This document shows, piece after piece, positions 49,149 to 62,956 of a stretch of DNA of 64,000 nucleotides. The stretch comes from Eledone cirrhosa (Eukaryota), in assembly GCA_964016885.1 (NCBI GenBank), contig OZ024746.1:620001-684000 (forward strand), written 5' to 3'. Below the pieces are notes generated by a model. It saw only the letters and a list, made by a program, of their open reading frames with translations. It was not told the origin of the DNA and did not search any database. How positions within the stretch are numbered: the first letter of the stretch is position 1; the number at the start of each line of letters is the position of its first letter. A program made the translations under genes and the position numbers.

Positions 49149-52100
49149 GTAGTAGACAAAGAGAAGCTGTGCTGGGATAGAACCATCTAACCCATGTAGT
49201 AGACAAAGAGAAGCTGTGCTGGGATAGAACCATCTAACCCATGTAGTAGACAAAGAGAAGCTGTGCTGGGATAGAACCATCTAACCCATGTAGTAGACAG
49301 AGAGAAGCTGTGCAGGGATAGAACCATCTAACCCATGTAGTAGACAGAGAGAAGCTGTGCTGGGATAGAACCATCTAACCCATGTAGACCCATCTAACCC
49401 ATGTAGTAGACAGAGAGAAGCTGTGCTGGGATAGACCCATCTAACCCATGTAGACCCATCTAACCCATGTAGTAGACAGAGAGAAGCTGTGCTGGGATAG
49501 AACCATCTAACCCATGTAGACCCATCTAACCCATGTAGTAGACAGAGAGAAGCTGTGCTGGGATAGACCCATCTAACCCATGTAGACCCATCTAACCCAT
49601 GTAGTAGACAGAGAGAAGCTGTGCTGGGATAGACCCATCTAACCCATGTAGACCCATCTAACCCATGTAGTAGACAGAGAGAAGCTGTGCTGGGATAGAA
49701 CCATCTAACCCATGTAGACCCATCTAACCCATGTAGTAGACAGAGAGAAGCTGTGCTGGGATAGAACCATCTAACCCATGTAGTAGACAGAGAGAAGCTG
49801 TGCTGGGATAGACACATCTAACCCATGTAGTAGACAAAGAGAAGCTGTGCTGGGATAGGCCCATCTAACCCATGTAGTAGACAAAGAGAAGCTGTGCTGG
49901 GATAGAACCATCTAACCCATGTAGTAGACAGGGAGCTGTGCTGGGATAGACCCATCTAACCCATGTAGTAGACAAAGAGAAGCTGTGCTGGGATAGGCCC
50001 ATCTAACCCATGTAGTAGACAGAGAGAAGCTGTGCTGGGATAGACCCATCTAACCCATGTAGTAGACAAAGAGAAGCTGTGCTGGGATAGGCCCATCTAA
50101 CCCATGTAGTAGACAGAGAGAAGCTGTGCTGGGATAGACCCAAACCCATGTAGTAGACAAAGAGAAGCTGTGCTGGGATAGACCCATCTAACCCATGTAG
50201 TAGACAAAGAGAAGCTGTGCTGGGATAGAACCATCTAACCCATGTAGTAGACAGGGAGCTGTGCTGGGATAGACCCATCTAACCCATGTAGTAGACAAAG
50301 AGAAGCTGTGCTGGGATAGGCCCATCTAACCCATGTAGTAGACAGAGAGAAGCTGTGCTGGGATAGACCCATCTAACCCATGTAGTAGACAAAGAGAAGC
50401 TGTGCTGGGATAGACCCATCTAACCCATGTAGTAGACAGGGAGCTGTGCTGGGATAGACCCATCTAACCCATGTAGTAGACAGAAAGAAGCTGTGCTGCG
50501 ATAGGCCAATCTAACCCATGTAAGAGACAGAGAGAAGCTGAGCTGGGATAGACCAATCTAACCCATGTAGTAGACAGAAAGAAGCTGAGACGCGATAGAC
50601 CCATCTAACCCATGTAGACCCATCTAACCCATGTAGTAGACAGAGAGAAGCTGAGTTGGGATAGACCAATCTAACCCATGTAGTAGACAGAGAGAAATTG
50701 AGCTGGGATAGACCCATCTAATCCATGTAGATCCATCTAACCCATGTAGTAGACAGAGAGAAGTTGAGCTGGGATAGACCCATCTAATCCATGTAGACCC
50801 ATCTAACCCATGTAGTAGTCAGAAAGAAGTTGAGCTGGGATAGACCCATCTAACCCATGTAGTAGACAGAGAGAAGCTGAGCTGGGATAGAACCATCTAA
50901 CCCATGTAGTAGACAGGGAGAAGCTGTGCTGGGATAGAACCATCTAACCCATGTAGTAGACAGAGAGAAGCTGTGCTGGAATAGACCCATCTAACCCATG
51001 TAGTAGACAGAGTGAAGATGTGCTGGGATAGACCCATGTAACCCATGTAGTAGACAGAGAGAAGCTGTGCTGGGATAGACCCATCTAACCCATGTAGTAG
51101 ACAGAAAGAAGTTGAGCTGGGATAGACCCATGTAACCCATGTAGTAGACAGAGAGAAGCTGTGCTGGGATAGACCCATCTAACCCATGTAGTAGACAGAA
51201 AGAAGTTGAGCTGGGATAGACCCATCTAACCCATGTAGTAGACAGAGAGAAGCTGTGCTGGAATAGACCCATCTAACCCATGTAGTAGACAGAGAGAAGA
51301 TGTGCTGGGATAGACCCATGTAACCCATGTAGTAGACAGAGAGAAGCTGTGCTGGGATAGACCCATCTAACCCATGTAGTAGACAGAGAGAAGATGTGCT
51401 GGGATAGACCCATCTAACCCATGTAGTAGACAGAGAGAAGCTGTGCTGGGATAAACCCATCTAACCCATGTAGTAGACAGAGAGAAGCTGAGCGGGGATA
51501 GACACATCTAACCCATGTAGACCCATCTAACCCATGTAGTAGACAGAGAGAAGCTAAGCTGGGATAGACCCATCTAACCCATGTAGACCCATCTAACCCA
51601 TGTAGTAGACAGAGAGAAGCTCAGCTGGGATAGACCCATCTAACCCATGTAGTAGACAGAGAGAAGATGTGCTGGGATAAACCCATCTAACGCATGTAGT
51701 AGACAGAGAGAAGCTGAGCGGGGATAGACACATCTAACCCATGTAGACCCATCTAACCCATGTAGTAGACAGAGAGAAGCTAAGCTGGGATAGACCCATC
51801 TAACCCATGTAGACCCATCTAACCCATGTAGTAGACAGAGAGAAGCTCAGCTGGGATAGACCCATCTAACCCATGTAGTAGACAGAGAGAAGATGTGCTG
51901 GGATAGACCCATCTAACCCATGTAGTAGACAGAGAGAAGCTGTGCTGGGATAGACCCATCTAACCCATATAGTAGACAGGGAGAAGCTGTGCTGGGATAG
52001 ACCCATCTAACCCATGTAGTAGACAGAGAGAAGCTGTGCTGGGATAGACCCATCTAACCCATGTAGTAGACAGAGAGAAGCTGTGCTGGGATAGACCCAT

Positions 52101-54364
52101 CTAACCCATGTAGTAGACAGAGAGAAGCTGTGCTGGGATAGAACCATCTAACCCATGTAGTAGACAGGGAGAAGCTGTGCTGGGATAGAACCCTCTAACC
52201 CATGTAGTAGACAGAGAGAAGCTGTGCTGGGATAGAACCATCTAACCCATGTAGTAGACAGGGAGCTGTGCTGGGATAGACCCATCTAACCCATGTAGTA
52301 GACAGAGAGAAGCTCAGCTGGGATAGACCCATCTAACCCATGTAGTAGACAGAGAGAAGCTGTGCTGGGATAGACACATCTAACCTATGTAGTAGACAGA
52401 GAGAAGCTGTGCTGGGATAGACCCATCTAACCCATGTAGTAGACAGAGAGAAGCTGTGCTGGGATAGACACATCTAACCCATGTAGTAGACAGAGAAAAG
52501 CTGAGCTGGGATAGACCCATCTAACCCATGTAGTAGACAGAGAGAAGCTGAGTTGGGATAGAGCTATCTAACCCATGTAGTAGACAGAGAGAAGCTGTGC
52601 TGGGATAGAACCATCTAACCCATGTAGTAGACAGAGAGAAGATGTGCTGGGATAGACCCATCTAACCCATGTAGTAGACAGAGATAAGCTGTGCTGGGAT
52701 AGACCCATCTAACCCATGTAGTAGACAGAGAGAAGCTGTGCTGGGATAGACCCATCTAACCCATGTAGTAGACAGAGAGAAGCTGTGCTGGGATAGACCC
52801 ATCTAACCCATGTAGTAGACAGAGAGAAGCTCAGCTGGGATAGACCCATCTAACCCATGTAGTAGACAGAGAGAAGATGTGCTGGGATAGACCCATCTAA
52901 CCCATGTAGTAGACAGAGAGAAGCTGTGCTGGGATAGACCCATCTAACCCATGTAGTAGACAGAGAGAAGCTCAGCTGGGATAGACCCATCTAACCCATG
53001 TAGTAGACAGAGAGAAGATGTGCTGGGATAGACCCATCTAACCCATGTAGTAGACAGAGAGAAGCTGTGCTGGGATAGACCCATCTAACCCATGTAGTAG
53101 ACAGAGAGAAGCTGTGCTGGGATAGACCCATCTAACCCATGTAGTAGACAGAGAGAAGCTGTGCTGGGATAGACCCATCTAACCCATGTAGTAGACAGAG
53201 AGAAGCTGTGCTGGGATAGACCCATCTAACCCATGTAGTAGACAGAGAGAAGCTCAGCTGGGATAGACCCATCTAACCCATGTAGTAGACAGAGAGAAGA
53301 TGTGCTGGGATAGACCCATCTAACCCATGTAGTAGACAGAGAGAAGCTGTGCTGGGATAGACCCATCTAACCCATGTAGTAGACAGGGAGAAGCTGTGCT
53401 GGGATAGACCCATCTAACCCATGTAGTAGACAGAGAGAAGCTGTGCTGGGATAGACCCATCTAACCCATGTAGTAGACAGAGAGAAGCTGTGCTGGGATA
53501 GACCCATCTAAACAATGTAGTAGACAGAGAGAAGCTGTGCTGGGATAGACCCATCTAACCCATGTAGTAGACAGGGAGAAGCTGTGCTGGGATAGACCCA
53601 TCTAACCCATGTAGTAGACAGAGAGAAGCTGTGCTGGGATAGACCCATCTAACCCATGTAGTAGACAGAGAGAAGCTGTGCTGGGATAGACCCATCTAAC
53701 CCATGTAGTAGACAGAGAGAAGCTGTGCTGGGATAGACCCATCTAACCCATGTAGTAGACAGAGAGAAGCTGAGCTGTGATAGACCCGTCTAACCCATAT
53801 AGTAGACAGGGAGAAGCTGTGCTGGGATAGAACCCTCTAACCCATGTAGTAGACAGAGAAAAGATGTGCTGGGATAGACACATCTAACCCATGTAGTAGA
53901 CAGAGAGAAGCTGTGCTGGGATAAACCCATCTAACCCATGTAGTAGACAGAGAGAAGCTGTGCTGGGATAGACACATCTAACCCATGTAGTAGACAGAGA
54001 GAAGCTGTGCTGGAATAGACCCATCTAACCCATGTAGTAGACAGAGAGAAGCTGTGCTGGAATAGACCCATCTAACCCATGTAGTAGACAGAGAGAAGAT
54101 GTGCTGGGATAGACCCATCTAACCCATGTAGTAGACAGAGAGAAGCTGTGCTGGAATAGACCCATCTAACCCATGTAGTAGACAGAGAGAAGATGTGCTG
54201 GGATAGACCCATCTAACCCATGTAGTAGACAGAGAGAAGCTGTGCTGGGATAGACCCATCTAACCCATGTAGTAGACAGAGAGAAACTGTGCTGGGATAG
54301 ACCCATCTAACCCATGTAGTAGACAGAGAGAAGCTGTGCTGGGATAGACCCATCTAACCCATGC
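49149..54364. repeat. 47-bp satellite array, ~5.2 kb (roughly 105 units)
   Basis: Unit ctaacccatgtagtagacagagagaagctgtgctgggatagacccat, with occasional 20-bp sub-duplications. Confidence 0.97.
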
Positions 54365-54460
54365 AAGTATAGAAAAGTAGACACAAAAAGGATGGTGATG
54401 ATGATTATCATCATTAAAACAAAATATATGTTTTAATAAATATATTCTAGTCAAAGAAGG

Positions 54461-54750
54461 AGTTGTCTATCCCTTTATTAAAACTCTAACAACTTCTGCT
54501 GTCTATCCCTTTATTAAAACCCTAACAACTTCTGTTGTCTATCCCTTTAATAAAACCCTAACAACTTCTGTTGTCTATCCCTTTATTAAAACCCTAACAA
54601 CTTCTGTTGTCTATCCCTTTATTAAAACCCTAACAACTTCTGTTGTCTATCACTTTATTAAGACCTTAACAACTTCTGTTGTCTATCCCTTTATTAAGAC
54701 CCTAACAACTTCTGTTGTCTATCCCTTTATTAAGACCCTAACAACTTCTG
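54461..54750. repeat. 36-bp minisatellite, 8 copies
   Basis: Unit gttgtctatccctttattaaaaccctaacaacttct. Confidence 0.95.
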
Positions 54751-54878
54751 GACCTTTGTAATTTCATTTTGTTTTTCATAAAATCCAGTTTTACTCAAAT
54801 CAGAAATAAATATATTCTGACACTTTTCATACTAAACTGCTTGAAACCCCCCTAGTTCTACAATATAAAACTGTTTAA

Positions 54879-55760
54879 CCCTTTAGTTACCAACCCAAAC
54901 TTCCCCTGGTCCTACCATTTAGTTACCAACCCTAACTTCCCCTGGTCCTACCATTTAGTTACCAACCCAGCCAAAACTGCTCCTGGTCCTACCCTTTAGT
55001 TACCAACCCTAACGTCCCTTGGTCCTACCCTTTAGTTACCAACCCAGCCAAAACTGCTCCTGGTCCTACCCTTTAGTTACCAACCCTAACGTCCCTTGGT
55101 CCTACCCTTTAGTTACCAACCCAGCCAAAACTGCTCCTGGTCCTACCCTTTAGTTACCAACCCTAACGTCCCTTGGTCCTACCCTTTAGTTACCAACCCA
55201 GCCAAAACTGCTCCTGGTCCTCCCCTTTAGTTACCAACCCTAACGTCCCTTGGTCCTACCCTTTAGTTACCAACCCAGCTAAAACTGCTCCTGGTCCTAC
55301 CCTTTAGTTACCAACCCTAACTTCCCCTGGTCCTACCATTTAGTTACCAACCCAGCCAAAACTGCTCCTGGTCCTACCCTTTAGTTACCAACCCTAACTT
55401 CCCCTGGTCCTACCATTTAGTTACCAACCCAGCCAAAACTGCTCCTGATCCTACCCTTTAGTTACCAACCCTAACGTCCCTTGGTCCTACCCTTTAGTTA
55501 CCAACCCAGCCAAAACTGCTCCTGGTCCTACCCTTTTGTTACCAACCCTAACATCCCTTGGTCCTACCCTTTAGTTACCAACCCAGCTAAAACTGCTCCT
55601 GGTCCTACCCTTTAGTTACCAACCCTAACGTCCCTTGGTCCTACCATTTAGTTACCAACCCAGCTAAAACTGCTCCTGGTCCTACCCTTTAGTTACCAAC
55701 CCTAACGTCCCTTGGTCCTACCATTTAGTTACCAACCCAGCCAAAACCAGCTCTGGTTCT
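54879..55760. repeat. Higher-order 77-bp (36+41) minisatellite
   Basis: Alternating ccctttagttaccaaccctaacgtcccttggtccta and ccctttagttaccaacccagccaaaactgctcctggtccta. Confidence 0.93.
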
Positions 55761-55920
55761 ATGAACTAAAACCAACCATTTTAAAGTTTTCCAATTTAAA
55801 TCAAAATCTTCTAACATAATTAAATTAAGTTACTATCTTAGTAATGAAATAATAAATAATTTCATTAAATCCCTCAAAATTCTTCATTAATTAATTAAAA
55901 TAGTATTTTATTAGAAAGGG
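54879..55920 (+). mobile_element. piggyBac-like MITE (TTAA|CCCTTT...AAAGGG|TTAA) with internal tandem expansion; relatives at ~59830-60020 and ~62788-63020 (opposite orientation)
   Basis: ttaacccttt at 54875-54884 and aaagggttaa at 55915-55924. AT-rich interior shared with the other two copies. Confidence 0.62.
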
Positions 55921-57189
55921 TTAATTTAATGTGTTCATATTTATCTAAAAACGTTCCAATATAATTTTATGGAAGAACCTTTCTCAGCACCAACTTAATA
56001 ATGAGAAGGTTAGTTACATTATAACATTTCTCCAAATTTTTGATTATTTTCAAAATGCGTAACTATTTCAATTATTTATTAAGTTGTCATAATTAATTAC
56101 ATAAATAATGAAAAGGGAGGAAAGGGTAAAGAAGGGCAGATCTGGTTGTATAGGAAAGTTAAGGAAGGAACTATAAATGCCATAAATGAGAAGAAAAGGA
56201 GGGAAAGAGGAAGGACTATTAGGCAACAAAAGAAAATGAGGAGGAAGGAGAGAGAATGACAGGCTTGAAAATGATAGGTAGTGTCTTTCATTTGAAATGT
56301 TGTGATGAAAGGGTTAAATAATTTTGAGAGATTATTTTAAAATTATTTTCTATAATCTTGTAATCTTGCTTCAAATGTTGTACTATACATGCACCTTTGA
56401 TGAGTAGTAGTGCACCTGAGCACTGTACACAATAATTTTCCTTATCATTATCATATATATATATATATATAATTGTATATAGAGAATGTTAACTCATTAT
56501 GATCATATTTCTAACAAGAGAATACTTCGTTTGTATTTTAATTATTAAAATTATCAAGAACTACGAGAGATTTACTGAAATAACAATCTCTCAATAATAA
56601 TAAAAGACAAATATTTAACAAGTAAAATCTATTAACTTTAATAATGAGATTTCAATCCAAGATTTGATTTTAAATTTGAACAGTGTAATAAGAGGTGGGC
56701 ATGTGTGAGTTGGTGTTTAGAGGGTTAAACATATATGACCTTGTGATATTTAAGCCAATAATTATAGAAAATATTCCTCATTATTGACATAACTGATATA
56801 ATATAATCATAGAAAAGATAAACATAATTTATCTGTAGAAAATCAGAAGATAGTTCTGGCATGAAGTAAAAATTATGTTCAAATATTTTGAACACATAAG
56901 AAATACAATTTCAAAAATGTTTTGATAAATCCAGCAAAACTGTTGATTTTTTTAATTAGAAACTAGCTGAGCCTTTCAAAATTTCTGATGGGTCCTTCTA
57001 TAAAATGAAACAACTGAATCAGCTAAATCCCTATTGTGATATATTTGTATGTGGTTCACGGTTGAGAGAAAACAGCACTCAATACCAGAGTAAAGTTAGT
57101 TTTAATATTCATTTAAGACCCTGAGATAAAGAGGCAAAACTCCAGAGTAACAATACTCACTATTTAGCCATAATATATATATATATATA

Positions 57190-59260
57190 CATTTCCCTAG
57201 AACACATAGATACTATAAGATCTTCAATAGAAACTGTGTCAAAATTAGCTACTCCTGCGGTCCCCCTATTAAATCTTATATCCTCAATAAGAAAACACCC
57301 AGAGAACATCAAAATTGCTCCTGTAGAGTCAAAAGTGAATGCCCATTACAAGGTAAATGCAACACCAAAGCCATTGTATATGCAGCTAAAGTGACAACCA
57401 TCAGCAACAACCAACCAGCCACCAGCGAACGATATGTGGGTATGACACAAGACAAATTCAAAACGTGTTATTACTCACATGTCGCATCTTTCCGACATCC
57501 TGAAAAAAGATTTACAACAGCTCTGGCTAGCAGAATATGGGATTTGAAAGACCAAGGTATCCAATATAAATTGGATTGGTCAATTTTGAACCAATCTAAA
57601 GAATATGCAAGAGGAACAAGAAGATGCACACTCTGCATAAGTGAAAAATATTGGATTTTACAGAATCTTAAATCACCAAAAACCTGCCTAAATACAAAAA
57701 CAGAAATTTTCACCAGTTGCCCACACATGAAATCACACTTGCTTTCCAGCTCATATAAACTTAACTCACTTTCAGATACTTATCCTCCATAAACTCTTGT
57801 TCTTCACTTTCCTTTAATTATCCTCTTTACAGACTTCTCTTTCTGATTTATTTTTAACTTTATTTTTATTTATTTTTACTTCACATCCACCAGTGACCCC
57901 CCTCCCCCTACTTTTTGATTCACTTACCTAATATTTTCACAATTCCACATTTTACTTCCCCATTTTCTTTCACTACCTGTTATCACATGTCATTTGCGTT
58001 TTCTACTCCAGATATATTCTGTTGCTTCGCAGCCGCTTTTATATTTGTACTCATTTATTCATACGGCTGGTTTATAATTTGTATCTATGTGTGTGAGTGT
58101 GCATGTGTGTGTATGCGTTCTGTATATGTATACGAACGCCTCCGTATGTGTGCATGTGTGTGCATATATGTGTGTGTATGTGTGTTTTTATATCTATGTT
58201 TTTTACATACTTATATATACGTGTGTGTGTGTATGGGTGAATGTATGTGTATATGCATGTATATATATATGTATGTGTATGTATGTGTGTATATGTATAT
58301 ATATATAGTCGCGTACGTACGTGCGATTAGATATACATGTGCCGATATATATATATATGTGCTTCGTGTGTATATATGCGCGCCTCTGTATGTATGTACG
58401 CATGTATGTGCTTTTGTCTGTACGTATTTATATATATATATTTTTATATATAGTGTGTATGTACGAACCTATGTTTGTTTTCTTTTTTTCTAGTGTTAAT
58501 TTATAATTGATAACCCCTCCCTCTTACTTTCTCTTTGATTTAAACATTTTTATTCTCTTACATTGTTTCATTTTTATATGTATCGAGTCTCAGACTGACA
58601 CCACTGTGGCTGATAGACTCCCTTCCTCTATATACCACTCGCATGTGTGTGATCGCGCGTGTGTGTGTGTTTATACGCGGGCTTTCATACTTGTCATCAT
58701 CATCATCATCATCATTTTACGTCCGCTTTTCCCTGCTTGCAAGGGTGGGACGGGTCTTATTCAGCACAGCATCTCTCCACTCGTCACGGTCCCTCGTATG
58801 TGTGTATATTTCATTCCTTAATACCTGTATCTGGATGGACGTTAACTCTATTATCTTTCAATTCCTTTTTCAACATATATTATATACGTATTTGTGGTCA
58901 CACATACACTGATATGCTTGCCCTCATATATGTACTTATGCACATATTTTTTCACTATACACATGCATTTGTATATACACACATATGTACATTTGTGAGT
59001 GAATATACACACATTTATACACATACCCTAACTATATTTCCTTATTATTTTTTTTTAGATATCTCTTGCATTACTTTTATTTATATTTTTTTTGCCCGTT
59101 AAACTTTGCCTTTCTTGAGGAGATTTTTCAAATATTTCACTATGTTTTAAATTGCCTTATCCGACAAATGAATGAGGACGTTTTTCGTATTCGTCTTATT
59201 CGGGAAACCTCTGGTAATGAGGTAATTATATTGTATTGTTTATTATACATTATATATATA
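57190..59260 (+). mobile_element. PLE 3' fragment (Naiad-type endonuclease plus pseudo-LTR)
   Basis: Encodes CSCRVKSECPLQGKC..IVYAAKV..YVGMT..CTLC..CPH, homologous to the C-terminus of ORF 40367-42322. Degenerate HHR at 59150-59227. (TA)n on both sides. Confidence 0.85.
59150..59227 (+). ncRNA. Degenerate hammerhead in PLE pseudo-LTR
   Basis: aattgccttat-CCGACAA-atgaatgaggacg...cgtcttattcgg-GAA-acctctggt-a-atgaggtaatt. 11-bp stem I, but G8 is changed to A. Confidence 0.6.
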
Positions 59261-59344
59261 TATATATAGTTGCTAATTACTTATCTGTAAGAGTTGCATT
59301 GTGACTTCTCATTGATAAACAGGTGTAAGCAGGTAACAGCATCA

Positions 59345-59683
59345 CCAGTCACAGCAAGGTCAGTCATAGCAAGGTCAGTCACAACATGGCTAGTCACAGC
59401 AAGGTCAGTCATAGCATGACCACAATCAGAAACATAGCCAGTGCTCTAGCACGGCCACAGTTCCAACATGGCCACAGTGATCTAGCATGGCTACAGTGCT
59501 CTAGCATGGCCACAGTCCCAACATGGCCACAGTGATCTAGCATGGCCACAGTGCTCTAGCATGGCCATAGTCCCAACATGGCCACAGTGATCTAGCATGG
59601 CCACAGTGCTCTAGCATGGCCACAGTGATCTAGCATGGCCACAGTCCCAACATGGCCACAGTGCTCTAGCATGGCCACTGTCC
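59345..59683. repeat. 18-19-bp minisatellite
   Basis: Unit ctagcatggccacagtg(c/a)t or ccaacatggccacagt. Confidence 0.9.
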
Positions 59684-61110
59684 AATAACTGAAACCAATA
59701 AAAGAAGACATGAAAACAAACATGTCAGAAATAGTTGACAGCAATTCTCAGATAACTTTCCTGTCAGTCAAAACAACTTTGAAGAAATGTGATCAAACTT
59801 GGATCAATTCAAATTTCATTGATATTTAACCCTTTAAGAACCATATTTCTCATGAAATACACTATTTCAATTAATTAATGAAGAATTTTGAGAGATTTAC
59901 TAACATTAATTATTTCATTAGTAAGATAGTAACTTAATGTAAGGTTCTTATATAAAATTATGTTGGAAGATTTTAGTTTAAATAGAACCAAAACCGGTTT
60001 TGGCTGAGTTGGTAACTAACATTTCAATGAGAAAAAAAAAATACATTGCATTAAATCTTAACATGTACCACATTATCAATACATTCTTAAAAAGTACAAA
60101 ATGATGCATCACTTTAAAAATTTGTTATTACTTTCATATTATACATTTTCACAAAGATCTATCCATTAGTAAAGATACTATAAACATTCCAAGTAACAAA
60201 CTTATTTTTAGATATTTCCTCCTAAATCATTATGGGCTGTTAGGAGTTAATCTTGTCCATGCCATATTTCTGATGAAACACATTACCTATGATTTTCAAA
60301 TAATTTTTGAAAATAAAAATTTAGAGTTATTAGATAGAATACTTTGCAGTATTTGGTTCCACTACTCTGAGTTCAAATCCCGACATGGTCAACTTTGTCT
60401 TTCATCCATTTGAGGTCGATAAAAAAAAATGTACTGGTGTTGATTCTTCCTCTAAATCTCTTTCTCACTTCCTTTCTCTATCACTCTCTCTATCCTGGAA
60501 GAAATCTGCTGTATTCAGACCTGGAGAGGTGATGGGCTCTGTCAGGTTTTAAAATGTTATAGAAACACTGTATGTCAACACTGCAACACTGCAACACTGC
60601 ATGCATTGTTTAACTAACTTTATCATAATCAAACTGGTGTTTTGAGCAGATCTTAACGACGATTGTTCCATAAAATTACGATGGTAGGTTTTTAAATAAA
60701 TATATACATTTTAAATCTAACAATCTTTTTTATCATAGAGAAAGAGGTGTGTAGTTTGAGATCAATAAGGTTTAAAAGATCAATACTAAACATGTGCCAT
60801 TGTTCAGCAGGTTAACAGTTGGCTATTCTAGATTAAAACTAATTCATATCATTTATATATTTGTTTACAAAGTTTCTTCAATGACTCTACAACATTCTAC
60901 TTCTGACCTAAAAGAAAACAAATTTTCAACAAGTAAAAAACAAAACATTAACTAAATAAACAAAACAAACTCAAAAGAATAATAGTTAAATTTCTCTATA
61001 TTCAGATAACACAAAATATATGTATAATGTGTGTGTCTATATATATGTATATTTATATATATATATATGTGTGTGTGTGTGCGTGCGTGTGTGTGTGTAG
61101 AGGTTTATAT

Positions 61111-61635
61111 ATCATCATCATTATTGTTTAATGTCCATCTTCCATGCTAGCATGGGTTAGATAGGTTTGTCCCACTTGAGGTGAGATTGGTCGGGTGACT
61201 GTGTCTCGCTCGTATAGAGCTGTATCTGGCAGATTTTCTATGGATGGATGCCCTTCCTAACACCAACCACTTTTACAGTGTGGACTGGGAGCATTTTTAC
61301 CATGCCTCCTACACGACCACTTTACAGCATGGACTGGGTGCTTTTTGTCATGACACCTACACAACCACTTAACAGTGTGGACTGAGTGTTTTTTACTGTG
61401 GTACCAACATAACTTTACAGAGAAAGGGTGGTGGTGTTGGTGGGAGTGGGAGGGTGGAGTTGGTGGGGTGTGTATTGGGTTAAGAGGTGCCTACTGACTG
61501 TAGGTATAAGTTCGTATGTAAGGGAAGGCCGGTCTTCTGTATTACTGCATAGCGCCAAAGAGTTTGATCCAGTGACATTGTCTTAGAGAGGTGTAAGTGA
61601 ACAGGGTCAGTTTTTATCACCTCGTCCCAGGTTTT
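61111..61635 (-). mobile_element. RTE LINE 3' fragment
   Basis: Reverse-complement match to the RTE 3' UTR and tail. Confidence 0.85.
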
Positions 61636-61791
61636 TTATATATATATTTGTTCTGACGAAAAAACTTTGATAAACAAATGAATAATGAAAAATAAAGATA
61701 AAGTGAAAATTGTATGGTGTGTTTCTTTCTATTAGAAATATTGGCAACATAAACATCTCTAAATATAACAAAATATATATATATATGTAAA

Positions 61792-62201
61792 GTGAGTTTT
61801 TCGAATATTAATAACATTCGATTTGTTTGCAATTATGCAAACAAGCCCCAATTTTATAGCCATGTCAGTAGAATGAACACTTCATTCTTGCTCTTGTGTT
61901 GGTATGCGAACAGAACTACAAACACTAATATTTCTGGGTATCACCCTTCATCAGTACAGCTCACTGTTCACCTGCCAAACTTGTCAGAGCTAGTGAAAAT
62001 ATATGCTATTTTCAAAAATACAGTGACTGATCAGCCTGATTTGCATACTAGCAGACTGGTTGATCAGTCAGGTCTGCATATTAGCAGATCCACTGATCAG
62101 CCAGATTTGCATATCAGCAGACTGGCCAGTCAGTTTCCTGTATACAAGCGATAAATGGCCGGCTTTGCCAAATTCAAATAAAAAAGAAAATTTCACTCTA
62201 C
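61792..62201 (-). mobile_element. Second copy of the ~440-nt retrozyme-like element
   Basis: Highly similar reverse complement of 30507-30903, including the HHR and the internal ~33-bp repeats. Confidence 0.75.
61899..61978 (-). ncRNA. Second copy of the extended type I hammerhead
   Basis: Minus strand: gagctgta-CTGATGA-agggt(gat)accca-GAA-atattagtgt-t-tgtagttc. Confidence 0.8.
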
Positions 62202-62460
62202 TTCACACCATAAAACAGATATACACCACTCTGAGGAGCCTCCTGGCTTGTCACAGACTTTAAACCCCCACTTGGTAAGTGAATCAGGTTTGGAATGTTG
62301 TCAATGAAACTCAATTAACAGGAGTTGTGACTGGTAGATAGTATCAGAAATAGAAACATTTTCTTGGTCCAATTTTACCTCACTTGCTCTGGAATCTTTT
62401 TGGTCAATTTCATTAATCTATGTTTTCCTTTGATAAATAAAATAAAAAGTTTCTACATAC

Positions 62461-62615
62461 CTTATCAAAACAATTAAAACCTCCATGAAGACAGTTTGGT
62501 GGACTGTTTACATCTAACTTGTATGTGATTCCATCAATCGTAAACTTCCCATTTGCAATTCTGCCAGCCACTCTACCGATTACTCCGCCAATGTATAGAT
62601 TCTGATCTTCATACC
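62461..62615 (-). CDS. GALM: Galactose mutarotase (aldose 1-epimerase) exon, equivalent to human GALM exon 2
   Basis: Reverse strand reads ctag|GG TAT... = (G)YEDQNLYIGGVIGRVAGRIANGKFTIDGITYKLDVNSPPNCLHGGFNCFDK|gtatgt. Has the GRVAxRI and LHGG motifs. 155 bp, AG/GT bounded. Not in the ORF track. Confidence 0.95.
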
Positions 62616-62956
62616 CTAGCAGAGCAATGGAAAATCACAATGATGATAAAAACCATTTGTTAAATATGATTCTTTTACTTTCAACCATCCAGTTTAACAG
62701 TTCCTATTTAGGTATCTAACAGGTTTTATCTCTTTTTATATCAAAATCCCTGAAACTACCCCTGGTTCTATGATACTAAACGATTATCCTTTTCATGAGC
62801 ACATTTCTAATGAAATACATTCTATTTCAATTAATTAATGAAGAATTTTAAGGGTTTTACTAAAATTATTAATTATTTCACTACTAACATAGTAACTTAA
62901 TGTAAGGTTCTTATATAAAATTATGTTGGAAGATTTTAATTTAAATTGGAAACCTT

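Noticed and set aside
49149-54364. CRISPR-like regular array
   Set aside because: Head-to-tail units with no unique spacers, no cas genes, and a eukaryotic intron context.
59270-59342. Hammerhead-like ctgtaaga...taaacaggtgta
   Set aside because: Both core segments are altered and the stems are weak; too degenerate to call.
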